This document shows, piece by piece, positions 8,828-18,102 of a stretch of 31,676 nt of DNA; the stretch's first letter is position 1; each line of letters starts with the position of its first letter. The stretch lies in NCBI GenBank assembly GCA_031257235.1, contig JAIRPA010000067.1:1-31676 (forward strand). The letters run 5' to 3'. The translations under genes and the position numbers were made by a program. Source of the DNA: Burkholderiales bacterium (lineage in GTDB: Bacteria; Pseudomonadota; Gammaproteobacteria; Burkholderiales; Casimicrobiaceae). The notes beneath the pieces were generated by a model. That model worked only from the letters and a program-made list of their open reading frames with translations, did no database searches and was not told where the DNA came from.

Positions 8828-9887
8828 AATCGCTCCATGTATTTTCGTCGTTATAATATTTTGCGTCTAAAATGGTGAAGTAAACATTATCGTTTAATTC
8901 AAGATTTAGCGCCCGCCATGATTTTTTCTCGATGTTGGCTTCAATGGTCTCATTGGATTGATAAGCATTTAAACCCACGCGAACACGATTGCCTAAGGCT
9001 TTGTATGAAATCACTTGGGCGGCAACCCCTTTCCCGCTTGGGTTGTCACGCGATAATTCGATGTCGTGCGGTCGCACAAAAAGTTGGGTTTGACCTGCAT
9101 GGTTAGAAGCGCTTGTCACGTCCGAGGCGCGCGTTTCTTCAAGGTGACGACGCCCGTGATAGAGATTGACATGCCCCATAAACCCATACACAAACGGATT
9201 GATCGGATGATCGTACACCTCTTCAGGCGAGCCTACCTGCTCCACCGCCCCTTGATTCAAAATCACGATTTGATCGGCCACTTCCAAAGCCTCTTCCTGA
9301 TCGTGCGTCACAAAAACGCTCGTTAAATGCGTTTCATCGTGAAGATAACGCAACCACCGCCGAAGCTCCTGCCGCACTTTGGCGTCCAACGCACCAAAAG
9401 GTTCATCCAACAATAAAACACGCGGCTCAACCGCCAACGCGCGCGCCAACGCCACCCGTTGCTTTTGGCCGCCGCTTAATTCTGACGGATAACGTTTTGC
9501 CATCGACTCTAATTGAACCATGGACAATAGTTTAAAAACCTTTTCTTTGATGATCTCTTTGGTAGGGCGCGTGGCGCGCGGACGAATATTCAACCCGAAG
9601 GCAACGTTATCGAATATCGTCATGTGTTTGAACAACGCATAATGCTGAAATACAAAACCGACTTTTCTTTGATTGATCGGTTGTCGCGTGATGTTCTCGC
9701 CAAAAAAATGCACCGACCCGCCATCGGGTTCTTCTAACCCCGCGATGATGCGCAAAAGCGTGGTTTTGCCTGAACCGGACGGACCCAATAATGCCGTCAA
9801 CGCCCCTTTTTCCAAGGTTAAATTGATATTTTTCAGCGCGTCAAACGATCCGAATTTTTTGTGGACATTCTCAATAGTAATACTCAT
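8817..9887 (-). CDS. cysA: Sulfate ABC transporter ATP-binding subunit
   Basis: [31 protein letters not shown]-like tail; sulfate ABC context. Confidence 0.93.
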   Translation of the reverse strand: MSITIENVHKKFGSFDALKNINLTLEKGALTALLGPSGSGKTTLLRIIAGLEEPDGGSVHFFGENITRQPINQRKVGFVFQHYALFKHMTIFDNVAFGLNIRPRATRPTKEIIKEKVFKLLSMVQLESMAKRYPSELSGGQKQRVALARALAVEPRVLLLDEPFGALDAKVRQELRRWLRYLHDETHLTSVFVTHDQEEALEVADQIVILNQGAVEQVGSPEEVYDHPINPFVYGFMGHVNLYHGRRHLEETRASDVTSASNHAGQTQLFVRPHDIELSRDNPSGKGVAAQVISYKALGNRVRVGLNAYQSNETIEANIEKKSWRALNLELNDNVYFTILDAKYYNDENTWSDYVI

Positions 9888-9897
9888 ATCCCTGCCT

Positions 9898-10728
9898 TTA
9901 ATCTGATGCTTTCAAGCGCCGCTCCATGGCGGACTTTAATATTAGAGTGACAAACGCTAACAAGGTTAATAAACTTGCGGCGGCAAACGCGGCGGAAAAC
10001 GCATATTCATCAAACAAAAAACCGATGGTCAACGGCAAAGTGGTGGTCTCTCCGCGTATTAACCCGGAGACCACCGCCACCGCGCCATATTCACCGATGG
10101 CGCGCGCGTTGGTTAATATGATCCCGTACAAAAGCCCCCACTTGATGTTCGATAAAGTGATTTTAAAAAATGTTTGTAGCCCGCTTGCGCCTAATGTTAA
10201 TGCGGCTTCTTCATCGTCGTTACCCAATGATTCCATCAACGGAATTAACGTGCGCGCAATGAACGGAAACGTCACAAACGTGGTGGCCAGAATAATTCCG
10301 GGCAACGCAAAGACAATTTTTATGTCCATGCTTTGCAACCAACGCCCCAACCCTCCATGCGCGCCGAACAACAAGACAAACATCAAACCCGCGATCACCG
10401 GCGATACGGCAAACGGCAATTCAATCAAGGTGGTCAAGGCTTTTTTGCCGCGAAAAGAATACTTGGCGATGGACCACGCAAGCAGAGTGCCGAATATCGT
10501 ATTGATCGGCACGCAAACGAGCGCCACTGTTAAGGTTAGCCGGATGGAGGACAACACCTCCGGCGAGGTGACGGCTTTTTTATAGACCGCCACGCCCGAA
10601 CGAAACGCTTCCGAGAATATCGTATAAAGCGGCAAGACAATAAAGACCGCCAAAAAGCCCAGGGTGATTAAAATACCCGCGCGTTTGACCCACAACGATT
10701 CATTGGCAAAGGAAGTTTTTTGCATCAT
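9898..10728 (-). CDS. cysW: Sulfate ABC transporter permease
   Basis: [23 protein letters not shown] loop, [11 protein letters not shown]. The start was placed at ATG 10728, which overlaps the cysT stop. Confidence 0.9.
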   Translation of the reverse strand: MMQKTSFANESLWVKRAGILITLGFLAVFIVLPLYTIFSEAFRSGVAVYKKAVTSPEVLSSIRLTLTVALVCVPINTIFGTLLAWSIAKYSFRGKKALTTLIELPFAVSPVIAGLMFVLLFGAHGGLGRWLQSMDIKIVFALPGIILATTFVTFPFIARTLIPLMESLGNDDEEAALTLGASGLQTFFKITLSNIKWGLLYGIILTNARAIGEYGAVAVVSGLIRGETTTLPLTIGFLFDEYAFSAAFAAASLLTLLAFVTLILKSAMERRLKASD

Positions 10729-11558
10729 GTTGAAGACTCCCTTTTTTTCATCCACGATTGAAGTGCGTTGATGATGAATAACAATATAAACGCTAACACT
10801 AACATCATGGTGCCCAACGCCGCCGCGCCCGTGTAATCAAATTGCAATAATTTTTTGACGATTAAAAGCGGCACGATCTCGGTTTGAAACGGCATGTTGC
10901 TGGAGATAAAGATAATGGTTGCGTATTCGCCGATTCCCCGCGCAAACGCCAACGCCATGCCGGTCAGCCATGCGGGCATGATCGCCGGAAAAATAATTTT
11001 TAATAATCGTTGCCTTGTGTTTGCGCCCAAACTCACGGCGGCTTCTTCCACTTCTTTATCCAAGGCTTTAATCACCGGTTGCAAGGTGCGAACCACAAAC
11101 GGAAACCCGATGAAGATCAACGCAATCACAATGCCGGCTTTGGATAAGGCAATATCCCAACCTAACGGAGTTAATACTTTTCCCAATACTCCGTTTTTAG
11201 AAAACATCACCGCCAATGCAATCCCCGCGACTGCCGTGGGAATTGCAAAAGGCAGATCAATGGCCGCGTCGATGATGCGTTGTCCGATGAAGCGATAACG
11301 CGTTAATGTCCACGCGATGACCAACCCGAACATTCCCGCGATCAGCGCGGCCATGCCTGCGGAGACAAAGGACACGTAAAACGCGGATAAAACGCGCCTG
11401 TCTGTTAATATGTGAACCATTTCGCCCCATGAGAGACGCGCCGCGTATAAGGTCAACGCCGCCAACGGTATCAACAATAATAGTGAGAGATAGGTGAGCG
11501 ACAAACCCAGCGTGATCCCAAAGCCGGGCAAAGCGGATTTTGTTTTAATGATTTTCAT
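10725..11558 (-). CDS. cysT: Sulfate ABC transporter permease
   Basis: LPGFGITLG, DLPFAIPTAVAGIAL, EEAAVSLGA, FARGIGEY. Confidence 0.9.
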   Translation of the reverse strand: MKIIKTKSALPGFGITLGLSLTYLSLLLLIPLAALTLYAARLSWGEMVHILTDRRVLSAFYVSFVSAGMAALIAGMFGLVIAWTLTRYRFIGQRIIDAAIDLPFAIPTAVAGIALAVMFSKNGVLGKVLTPLGWDIALSKAGIVIALIFIGFPFVVRTLQPVIKALDKEVEEAAVSLGANTRQRLLKIIFPAIMPAWLTGMALAFARGIGEYATIIFISSNMPFQTEIVPLLIVKKLLQFDYTGAAALGTMMLVLAFILLFIINALQSWMKKRESST

Positions 11559-11583
11559 GGCGTTTTGGGATCACGTTGCCGGA

Positions 11584-12627
11584 TTATTTGGACGGCTGAT
11601 AAATGCGGTCAAATTCTCCGCCGTCGGCAAAATGTTTTTTTTGCGCGGCGTGCCAACCGCCAAACACTTCGTCAATCGTGATTAACGATACTTTCGGAAA
11701 TTGATTTTCAAATGATTTGGCAACGTCGGGATCACGCGGACGATAATAGTTTTTGGCGGCGATGGTTTGCCCTTCTTTAGAATATAAGTATTCTAAATAG
11801 GCTTTGGCGACTTCCGTGGTTTTCTTTTTTTCGGTGACTTGATCCACCCAAGCCACTGTCGGTTCGGCTAATATGGATAAGCTCGGCACCACAATTTCAA
11901 ATTGATCTTTGCCGAGTTCGTCAATCGCCAAAAAGGCTTCGTTTTCCCATGCCAACAAAACATCCCCGATCCCGCGACGAACAAACGTATTGGTCGAGCC
12001 GCGCGCGCCGGAATCCAACACCGGGACGTTTTTAAAGATCGCTTTCACAAATTCGCGTGTTTTGTCTTCATTGCCGAATTTTTTGAGCCCGTACCCCCAC
12101 GCCGCCAGATAATTCCACCGCGCCCCGCCGGAGGTTTTGGGGTCAGGCGTGATGACTTTAATGTCACTGCGTGTTAAATCGTCCCAATCTTTGATTTTTT
12201 TCGGATTGCCCGCGCGAACCAAAAACACAATCGTTGACGTGTAAGGCGCGCTGTTGTTTTTCAAGCGCGTCTGCCAATCCGCCGGCAGTTTTTTGGTTTT
12301 TTCGGCAATCGCGTCAATGTCGTACGCCAGCGCCAGCGTCACCACGTCTGCGTCCAAGCCGTCAATCACGCTGCGCGCCTGTCCGCCCGACCCGCCGTGC
12401 GACTGTTTAATGATGACTTCATTTCCCGTTTGGGCTTTGTAATGCTTTTGGAAGGCTTCGTTGTAAGCGCGATAAAGCTCACGCGTCGGATCATACGAAA
12501 CATTCAAAAGCTCGTAGGACGCGGCAAATGCCGTCGTCGCAAAGAAGAATCCCGCAATAATGCCTATCGCGCCTTTTAACACCGGCGCGATGAGCCCTTT
12601 TTTTACTCCTGCTGATTGATGAATCAT
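11584..12627 (-). CDS. sbp: Sulfate ABC transporter periplasmic binding protein
   Basis: Signal-peptide-like N-terminus, then [41 protein letters not shown]. Confidence 0.93.
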   Translation of the reverse strand: MIHQSAGVKKGLIAPVLKGAIGIIAGFFFATTAFAASYELLNVSYDPTRELYRAYNEAFQKHYKAQTGNEVIIKQSHGGSGGQARSVIDGLDADVVTLALAYDIDAIAEKTKKLPADWQTRLKNNSAPYTSTIVFLVRAGNPKKIKDWDDLTRSDIKVITPDPKTSGGARWNYLAAWGYGLKKFGNEDKTREFVKAIFKNVPVLDSGARGSTNTFVRRGIGDVLLAWENEAFLAIDELGKDQFEIVVPSLSILAEPTVAWVDQVTEKKKTTEVAKAYLEYLYSKEGQTIAAKNYYRPRDPDVAKSFENQFPKVSLITIDEVFGGWHAAQKKHFADGGEFDRIYQPSK

Positions 12628-12680
12628 GGCAACACCCTTTACATGTCAATTAAAGATAACCACTCGAACTCTTAAAACAT

Positions 12681-12700
12681 AGTAAACCATATTGTTTACT
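12681..12700. promoter_or_regulatory. Near-perfect 20-bp palindrome upstream of the sulfate operon (candidate operator)
   Basis: AGTAAAC-CATATT-GTTTACT. It overlaps a minus-strand TACTAT (-10-like) about 55 bp before the sbp start. Confidence 0.45.
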
Positions 12701-12741
12701 TTTTGTATTCTGACGTTTTATTTTTGGGGTGTCAAGGGGGG

Positions 12742-12776
12742 GCAGGTATCAGGAATCAGAAGTCAGGAATCAGGGA
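12742..12776 (+). repeat. Heptamer tandem array x5
   Basis: GCAGGTA TCAGGAA TCAGAAG TCAGGAA TCAGGGA. Confidence 0.9.
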
Positions 12777-12777
12777 G

Positions 12778-12853
12778 TTCGGCAAAAAGTAAAAACCTAC
12801 TTTTTGCCGGTCATGATTTGCAAAAAAGTACGGGCAAAGCCCGATACTTTTTT
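12778..12853 (-). repeat. Double-hairpin element copy 2
   Basis: Minus strand: AAAAAA GTA T CGGGC TTT GCCCG TAC TTTTTT GCAAATCATGA C CGGCAAAAAGTA GGTTTT TACTTTTTGCCG AA. Confidence 0.9.
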
Positions 12854-12873
12854 GCAAAAACGACGATAAAACC

Positions 12874-12994
12874 GGATTGCGGATCAAGTCCGCAATGACG
12901 CCGCCTAAAGGCGGCGTGTGGGTTTCAGGGATCAGGGATCAGAGCTCGTCATTCTGCGCGTAGCGAAGCGAAAGCAAGCGAAGTCGCAGAATCC
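12874..12994. repeat. Central mosaic: two CGTC-type palindromes, a GC hairpin and a 3-unit heptamer array
   Basis: GGATTGCGGA-TCAAG-TCCGCAATGACG (12874-12900); CGCCGCC-TAAA-GGCGGCG; TCAGGGA x2 plus TCAGAGC (12925-12945); CGTCATTCTGC...GCAGAATCC (12947-12994). Confidence 0.8.
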
Positions 12995-13010
12995 ACACCG
13001 CCTTTTCCTC

Positions 13011-13081
13011 AAAAAATCGTCGGGGTCCCCCCGCGATTTTTTTGGAAATTTCAACCGGCAAAAAGTACCCCTTTTGCCGAA
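13011..13081 (+). repeat. Double-hairpin element copy 3
   Basis: AAAAAA TCG T CGGGG TCC CCCCG CGA TTTTTTT GGAAATTTCAA C CGGCAAAAAG TACCC CTTTTGCCG AA. Confidence 0.9.
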
Positions 13082-13082
13082 T

Positions 13083-13112
13083 AAAAAAACGCGGCATTGC
13101 GCCGCGTTTTTT
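13083..13112 (-). terminator. Intrinsic terminator (possibly bidirectional) after rplI
   Basis: AAAAAAACGCGGC-ATTGC-GCCGCGTTTTTT, 18 bp past the rplI stop. Confidence 0.75.
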
Positions 13113-13130
13113 GGATCACTTGTCAAAACA

Positions 13131-13589
13131 TTACCGCGATACGGTTTCACCCAAAACACTGACGTTAATGTTGACTAAGACATCGGTATGCAACTGCAAC
13201 GCCACCTGATGATCGCCGATTTGTTTCAACGGACCTTCGGGCAGACGCACCATGTTTCTTTCCAAAGAAAAGCCGCTGCCTTTGAGCGCGTCCACAATGT
13301 CGGCATTGGTCACGGAACCGAACAACCGACCATCCACGCCCGCGCGTTGAACGATTTGCACCGTCAACCCTTCAAGTTTGCCGGCAAGTTCGGTGGCTTG
13401 CGCCAATTTACCCGCGGCAAGCTGCTCCAACTCTGCGCGTTTTTCTTCCAAAAGTTTGATGTTTTCCGGCGTGGCGCGCTTTGCTTTGCCTTGCGGGATC
13501 AAAAAATTGCGCGCATAGCCGGGTTTGACTTTAACCACGTCGCCCAATGCGCCGACATTGACGATTTTTTCAAGCAATATAACCTGCAT
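13131..13589 (-). CDS. rplI: 50S ribosomal protein L9
   Basis: [36 protein letters not shown]; GRLFGSVT. Confidence 0.97.
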   Translation of the reverse strand: MQVILLEKIVNVGALGDVVKVKPGYARNFLIPQGKAKRATPENIKLLEEKRAELEQLAAGKLAQATELAGKLEGLTVQIVQRAGVDGRLFGSVTNADIVDALKGSGFSLERNMVRLPEGPLKQIGDHQVALQLHTDVLVNINVSVLGETVSR

Positions 13590-13597
13590 GTTGCCTC

Positions 13598-13888
13598 CTA
13601 CGAATGATGACGATCAGTGTATGGCAACAACGCCAAAAACTGCGCGCGTTTGATTGCGGTGGAAAGCTGACGTTGATAACGCGCTTTCGTTCCGGTGATG
13701 CGAGCCGGCATAATTTTGCCGTTCTCTTGAAGGTATTCCTTCAAAACATCCACATCTTTGTAGTCAATTTGTTTGACCTTTTCCATCGTAAAACGACAGA
13801 ATCTTTTCCGCTTGAAAAGCGGATTCCCGCGATCGCGGTTTTGTTGCTTGTCGGCATCTTTGCCTTTTCTTCCCATCATACGAGCCAT
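13598..13888 (-). CDS. rpsR: 30S ribosomal protein S18
   Basis: KRKRFCRFT...IDYKDVDVL...[13 protein letters not shown]...[13 protein letters not shown]. The start was placed at ATG 13888, which follows a GAGGAA RBS. Confidence 0.95.
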   Translation of the reverse strand: MARMMGRKGKDADKQQNRDRGNPLFKRKRFCRFTMEKVKQIDYKDVDVLKEYLQENGKIMPARITGTKARYQRQLSTAIKRAQFLALLPYTDRHHS

Positions 13889-13913
13889 TTTGTTTTCCTC
13901 TCGTTTCAATAAT

Positions 13914-14207
13914 TTATTCGATAACCTCAAATGCTGTTAAATGCAGTCTTAATGTTGACGCGGTTTTTGAGCGACGACACAAAAAACCCTCACAATGCAA
14001 TTTTTTATGTTCCTCAACGCGCTGTAGCGCTAAAGCCATTTGCCCGAAAGCGACAGCCGTGATTTCAAAAGAAACCTGCCTTGCCTCCCCTTCTTCCGTC
14101 TGTTGGGATTCGTGCGTGAATGTGACTTCCAGCGCTTCAATCCCCGCCGCCGTGTAGCGCAATGCCTTTTTTTGGGCAAGGATCACGTCGACGATTAACC
14201 GGTTCAT
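13914..14207 (-). CDS. priB: Primosomal replication protein N
   Basis: MNRL...LRYTAAGI...[16 protein letters not shown]; canonical position between rpsF and rpsR. Confidence 0.88.
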   Translation of the reverse strand: MNRLIVDVILAQKKALRYTAAGIEALEVTFTHESQQTEEGEARQVSFEITAVAFGQMALALQRVEEHKKLHCEGFLCRRSKTASTLRLHLTAFEVIE

Positions 14208-14234
14208 GGGGCGACCCGCTTCAACAATAAGCGT

Positions 14235-14666
14235 TTAAGCGTTTGTGGCTTCCTCCTGCGATTCTTCCGCCGCCGATTTCAAATCGACAGAGCCGACCTC
14301 CGGCTCTTCAACCGAAACGTCGGATGGCTTCTCGGTTGGTTTGGGCTTGCCTTCACGCATCATCACGGAAGGTGTGGTCACCGCTTCTTCCATAGAAACG
14401 ATTAAATGACGCAACACGGCATCGTTAAATTTGAATGCGTGCTCTAATTCAGACAGGGTTTCGTTGTCGCATTCGATGTTCAACAACACGTAATGCGCTT
14501 TGTGCAGTTTTTGAATGGAGTAGGCCATTTGGCGACGCCCCCAATCTTCAACGCGATGAATGCGTCCACTGCGCGATTCCACCATAGTGCGGTAACGCTC
14601 AATCATTGCGGGCACTTGCTCACTTTGATCGGGATGGACGATAAAAACAATTTCATAATGACGCAT
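14235..14666 (-). CDS. rpsF: 30S ribosomal protein S6
   Basis: [25 protein letters not shown]...[10 protein letters not shown]. The start was placed at ATG 14666, which follows an AAGGAG RBS. Confidence 0.97.
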   Translation of the reverse strand: MRHYEIVFIVHPDQSEQVPAMIERYRTMVESRSGRIHRVEDWGRRQMAYSIQKLHKAHYVLLNIECDNETLSELEHAFKFNDAVLRHLIVSMEEAVTTPSVMMREGKPKPTEKPSDVSVEEPEVGSVDLKSAAEESQEEATNA

Positions 14667-14762
14667 GTAAGTTTCTCCTTTCGGTCTAATCAACGAAGGT
14701 TGATTGCCTATCAATCAACCTCTTTAGGCTACCCCGATGCGTAACGGGTGCAGCAAGGGAAC
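14667..14762 (-). promoter_or_regulatory. Probable S6:S18-binding rpsF leader RNA
   Basis: The leader begins CCCTTGC, which can pair with the SD region, and has CCG immediately before AAAGGAG, as in the known rpsF autoregulatory leader. It carries a 10-bp hairpin at 14697-14721. Confidence 0.6.
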
Positions 14763-14767
14763 TGCGG

Positions 14768-14796
14768 ATTTTAGCGGTTTGCCGCGCTTTCCGCAA
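14768..14796 (-). promoter_or_regulatory. sigma70 promoter of the rpsF operon
   Basis: TTGCGG-N17-TAAAAT followed by a GC-rich discriminator (CCGCAG). Confidence 0.65.
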
Positions 14797-14870
14797 GTAG
14801 CACTCGCCCCAAAAGGTTTAGCCTGACGGGGGTTTGCGCTTTTCGGGACGGACAAGTCCGTCCCCGACGC

Positions 14871-14941
14871 AAAAAAGTAACCGGCTTCGCCGGTACTTTT
14901 TTGGAAATATCAACCGGCAAAAAGTACTACTTTTTGCCGAA
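14871..14941 (+). repeat. Double-hairpin element copy 4
   Basis: AAAAAA GTA A CCGGC TTC GCCGG TAC TTTTTT GGAAATATCAA C CGGCAAAAAGTA C TACTTTTTGCCG AA; preceded by the hairpin GGGACGGAC-AA-GTCCGTCCC. Confidence 0.9.
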
Positions 14942-14950
14942 CCCTCCGAA

Positions 14951-16342
14951 TTACTCAATCCCCTTTCCTATCTCTTCGATCACTTTTTTGGCGTCGCCGA
15001 ACACCATCATGGTTTTATCCATGTAAAACAGCGGATTTTCGATGCCCGCGTAACCGGACGCCATCGACCGTTTATTCACGATCACCGTCCGTGCTTTGTA
15101 GGCTTCCAAGATCGGCATTCCGTAGATCGGGCTACCCTTTTCGGCAGCAAGCGGGTTGACCACATCATTAGCACCTAAAATCAGCGCGACATCCGCCGTG
15201 CCAAATTCGCTGTTGATGTCTTCCATTTCAAAGACCTGATCGTAAGGCACTTCGGCTTCCGCCAAAAGCACATTCATATGGCCGGGCATTCTTCCTGCCA
15301 CCGGATGAATGGCGTACTTCACCAGAACGCCTTTGGCGCGAAGTTTGTCCGCCATTTCTTTGACGGCGTGTTGCGCGCGCGCCACCGCCAGACCGTACCC
15401 CGGCACGATGATGACCGACTCCGCGTTGCCCAAGATGAACGCCACGTCTTCGGGACTGCCGGATTTCACGGTTTTATCCGCGCCCCCTGACGCCATCGCG
15501 CCTTCCTCTGCGCCAAACCCGCCCAAGATGACGCTTAAAAAATTGCGGTTCATCGCGCGACACATGATGTACGACAATATCGCGCCGCTGGAACCCACCA
15601 ACGAGCCGGCGATGATCAACATGGCGTTGTTCAACGAAAAACCGATGCCTGCCGCCGCCCAGCCGGAGTAACTGTTCAACATGGAAATCACCACCGGCAT
15701 GTCCGCGCCGCCGATCGGGATAATCATCGTGACGCCCAAGACAAACGCGATCGCCATCATCACCAAAAACGGTGTCCAACTTCCGCACACAAAAAACGCG
15801 ATGCCGCTGCCCAGCATGACCAACGCCAATAAAAGATTGACGATGTGTTGCCCTTTAAAGACCACCGGCGCGCTTTTGATTTTGCCCGACAATTTTCCGA
15901 ACGCAATGACGGACCCCGAAAAGGTAATCGCACCGATGAAAGTCCCGATGAACAACTCCAAGCGATTCCCTGTCGGGATCGGCAGGGCAAGCCCCATCGC
16001 CTGCGGATTGTGCACCGCCGCCACCGCAATCAACACCGCCGTCAACCCGACCAGCGAGTGCATGGCGGCCACCAGTTCCGGCATTTGCGTCATCTGAACA
16101 CGACGCGAAATGATGGTGCCTATCGTGCCGCCCACGGCAATCCCCAACACAATTCTCAACACCCCAAAGCCTGCGGCATCAAACGCCACGATCAGTGTGA
16201 CCACCACCGCAATCAACATGCCGATGATTCCCAACACATTGCCGCGCCGCGCGGTGGTGGGATGCGATAACCCTTTCAACGCCAAAATAAAACAAACAGA
16301 CGCCACCAAATAACTTAATACGACTTGATTGATTGTAAGCAT
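14951..16342 (-). CDS. pntB: NAD(P) transhydrogenase subunit beta
   Basis: MTQMPELVAAMHSLVGL, GGADMPVVISMLNSYSGWAAA, IVPGYGLAVARAQH, HPVAGRMPGHMNVLLAEA. Confidence 0.97.
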   Translation of the reverse strand: MLTINQVVLSYLVASVCFILALKGLSHPTTARRGNVLGIIGMLIAVVVTLIVAFDAAGFGVLRIVLGIAVGGTIGTIISRRVQMTQMPELVAAMHSLVGLTAVLIAVAAVHNPQAMGLALPIPTGNRLELFIGTFIGAITFSGSVIAFGKLSGKIKSAPVVFKGQHIVNLLLALVMLGSGIAFFVCGSWTPFLVMMAIAFVLGVTMIIPIGGADMPVVISMLNSYSGWAAAGIGFSLNNAMLIIAGSLVGSSGAILSYIMCRAMNRNFLSVILGGFGAEEGAMASGGADKTVKSGSPEDVAFILGNAESVIIVPGYGLAVARAQHAVKEMADKLRAKGVLVKYAIHPVAGRMPGHMNVLLAEAEVPYDQVFEMEDINSEFGTADVALILGANDVVNPLAAEKGSPIYGMPILEAYKARTVIVNKRSMASGYAGIENPLFYMDKTMMVFGDAKKVIEEIGKGIE

Positions 16343-16352
16343 GGCACCTCCG

Positions 16353-16667
16353 TTATTCTTTAGCCGTTTTCACGGTTTTGGGTTCTTTCTTTTTGAACAT
16401 TTCCAGCATGCGTTTCGTCACCAAAAACCCACCGAAAACATTGACCGATGCCAGCACGACCGCCAACACGCCTAACCACCCGCCCCAATCAAAGGCTTTG
16501 GGCGCTGCCGCCAACATCGCACCCACCAAGATAATGCCCGATATGGCATTGGTGACCGACATCAAGGGCGTATGCAACGCCGGCGTGACATTCCACACCA
16601 CGTGATAACCGACAAACACTGCCAATACAAATACAATTAAATTGACAACAATAGGGTCTGCAATCAT
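16353..16667 (-). CDS. pntAb: NAD(P) transhydrogenase subunit alpha part 2 (membrane)
   Basis: [35 protein letters not shown]. The start was placed at ATG 16667, which follows a GAGGAA RBS. Confidence 0.93.
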   Translation of the reverse strand: MIADPIVVNLIVFVLAVFVGYHVVWNVTPALHTPLMSVTNAISGIILVGAMLAAAPKAFDWGGWLGVLAVVLASVNVFGGFLVTKRMLEMFKKKEPKTVKTAKE

Positions 16668-16749
16668 TGAGGTTTTCCTCCTAACGGTTATATTCAATTG
16701 ATGAAAGAATCGGTTGGGCAAAAGTATTTATTTTGTCCAACGGGCAACA

Positions 16750-17880
16750 TTATTTTTTTGCCGAGACAACGGCGCCGTCTTGACACAACAACGTCGCGGC
16801 AATAATTTCATCCGATTCAGGCAAAGTATAGTTTCCGGTTTTGGCGTCTAACATCAAACTTAAAAACTGAAAACCGTTTCGCGCGTAGAGTGCCGAAGCA
16901 TCTGCCGCCAAATAGGTTGCCAAATTGGGTAAGCCGATGATCGTCACGCCATGATCGGTCACAAAAGTTTCGTTCACGCGAACCCCTTCCACGTTGCCGC
17001 CCTGCTCTGCCGCCAAATCCACAATCACCGAACCTTGTTTCATCGCGGCGACGGTGGACGCCTTGATCAGTTTGGGGGCGGGACGACCGGGAATCAACGC
17101 GGTGGTAATGAGGATATCTGTCGATACGGCGCGCTCATGAACAATCTGCGCTTGACGCGCCATCCACGAAGCCGGCATCGGGCGCGCGTATCCACCCACC
17201 CCTTCGGCAATCTCGCGTTCTTCGTCGGTTTCATAGGGAACGTCCACCCATTTTGCGCCCAACGAGGACACTTGATCTTTCACCGCAGGGCGCACGTCGG
17301 AGGCTTCAATCACCGCGCCTAACCGCTTGGCTGTGGCAATCGCCTGCAAGCCCGCCACACCGACGCCCAACACCAACACCCGCGCGGCTTTGGTTGTGCC
17401 GGCGGCGGTCATTAAGGTCGGAAAAAATCTTTGATAGGCATTGGCGGCAAGCAATACCGCTTTATAACCGGCAATGTTTGCCTGTGACGACAAAACATCC
17501 AGCGACTGCGCGCGCGTGATGCGCGGAATCTTCTCCAATGAAAACGCCGTGATCCCTGCTTGGGCATAGCTTGCGACCAACGCTTCATCGAAGGGATTCA
17601 GTAATCCGATCAAAACGGCACCTTTTTTCATCAGGGCTAATTCTTGGGCATTGGGGGCGCGGACTTTTAAAACGATGTCTGACGCTAAGGCTTCTTGCTT
17701 CGTCACCATTTCCGCGCCGACACTTTCAAACAGGGCATCCGAAATACTGGCCGACACCCCTGCGCCTTTTTCAACCACCACACGAACTTGACCCGACGCG
17801 CGCCATTTTTTGACGATCTCCGGCGTGATCGCCACACGCGTTTCACCCGACAGCGTTTCTTTGGGAATTCCGATCTGCAT
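16750..17880 (-). CDS. pntAa: NAD(P) transhydrogenase subunit alpha part 1 (dI)
   Basis: MQIGIPKETLSGETRVA, RITRAQSLDVLSSQ, GVGVAGLQAIATAKRLGA. The start was placed at ATG 17880, which follows GGGAGG. Confidence 0.95.
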   Translation of the reverse strand: MQIGIPKETLSGETRVAITPEIVKKWRASGQVRVVVEKGAGVSASISDALFESVGAEMVTKQEALASDIVLKVRAPNAQELALMKKGAVLIGLLNPFDEALVASYAQAGITAFSLEKIPRITRAQSLDVLSSQANIAGYKAVLLAANAYQRFFPTLMTAAGTTKAARVLVLGVGVAGLQAIATAKRLGAVIEASDVRPAVKDQVSSLGAKWVDVPYETDEEREIAEGVGGYARPMPASWMARQAQIVHERAVSTDILITTALIPGRPAPKLIKASTVAAMKQGSVIVDLAAEQGGNVEGVRVNETFVTDHGVTIIGLPNLATYLAADASALYARNGFQFLSLMLDAKTGNYTLPESDEIIAATLLCQDGAVVSAKK

Positions 17881-17938
17881 AACCCTCCCGATTGTTGATG
17901 AGTTGGACATGGAACGGATGATTATAATTCAGGAAACG

Positions 17939-17974
17939 CGACATTGCGGCGCCCGAAGGAAGTGACCCGCAATC
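17939..17974 (+). repeat. CGTC-type palindrome (CGAC variant)
   Basis: CGAC-ATTGCGG...CCGCAAT-C. Confidence 0.6.
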
Positions 17975-17987
17975 TGTTCGTTTCCAC

Positions 17988-18099
17988 AAAAAACCATCAG
18001 GGTCTCCCTGTGGTTTTTTGGAAATACTCACCGGCAAAAAGTACCACTTTTTGTCGTTGAGTGTAGGGTTTTACTTTTGGGCGAACCCCTGATCCCTGA
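17988..18099 (+). repeat. Double-hairpin element copy 5 with duplicated right arm, plus 2 heptamers
   Basis: AAAAAA CCA T CAGGG TCT CCCTG TGG TTTTTT GGAAATACTCA C CGGCAAAAAGT ACC ACTTTTTGTCG TTGAGTGTAGGGTTTT ACTTTTGGGCG AA CCCCTGA TCCCTGA. Confidence 0.88.
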
Positions 18100-18102
18100 A
18101 AA

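Noticed and set aside
14951-17880. Three-gene split of the transhydrogenase as something unusual
   Set aside because: The PntAa/PntAb/PntB organisation is well known, for example in Rhodospirillum rubrum and many proteobacteria.
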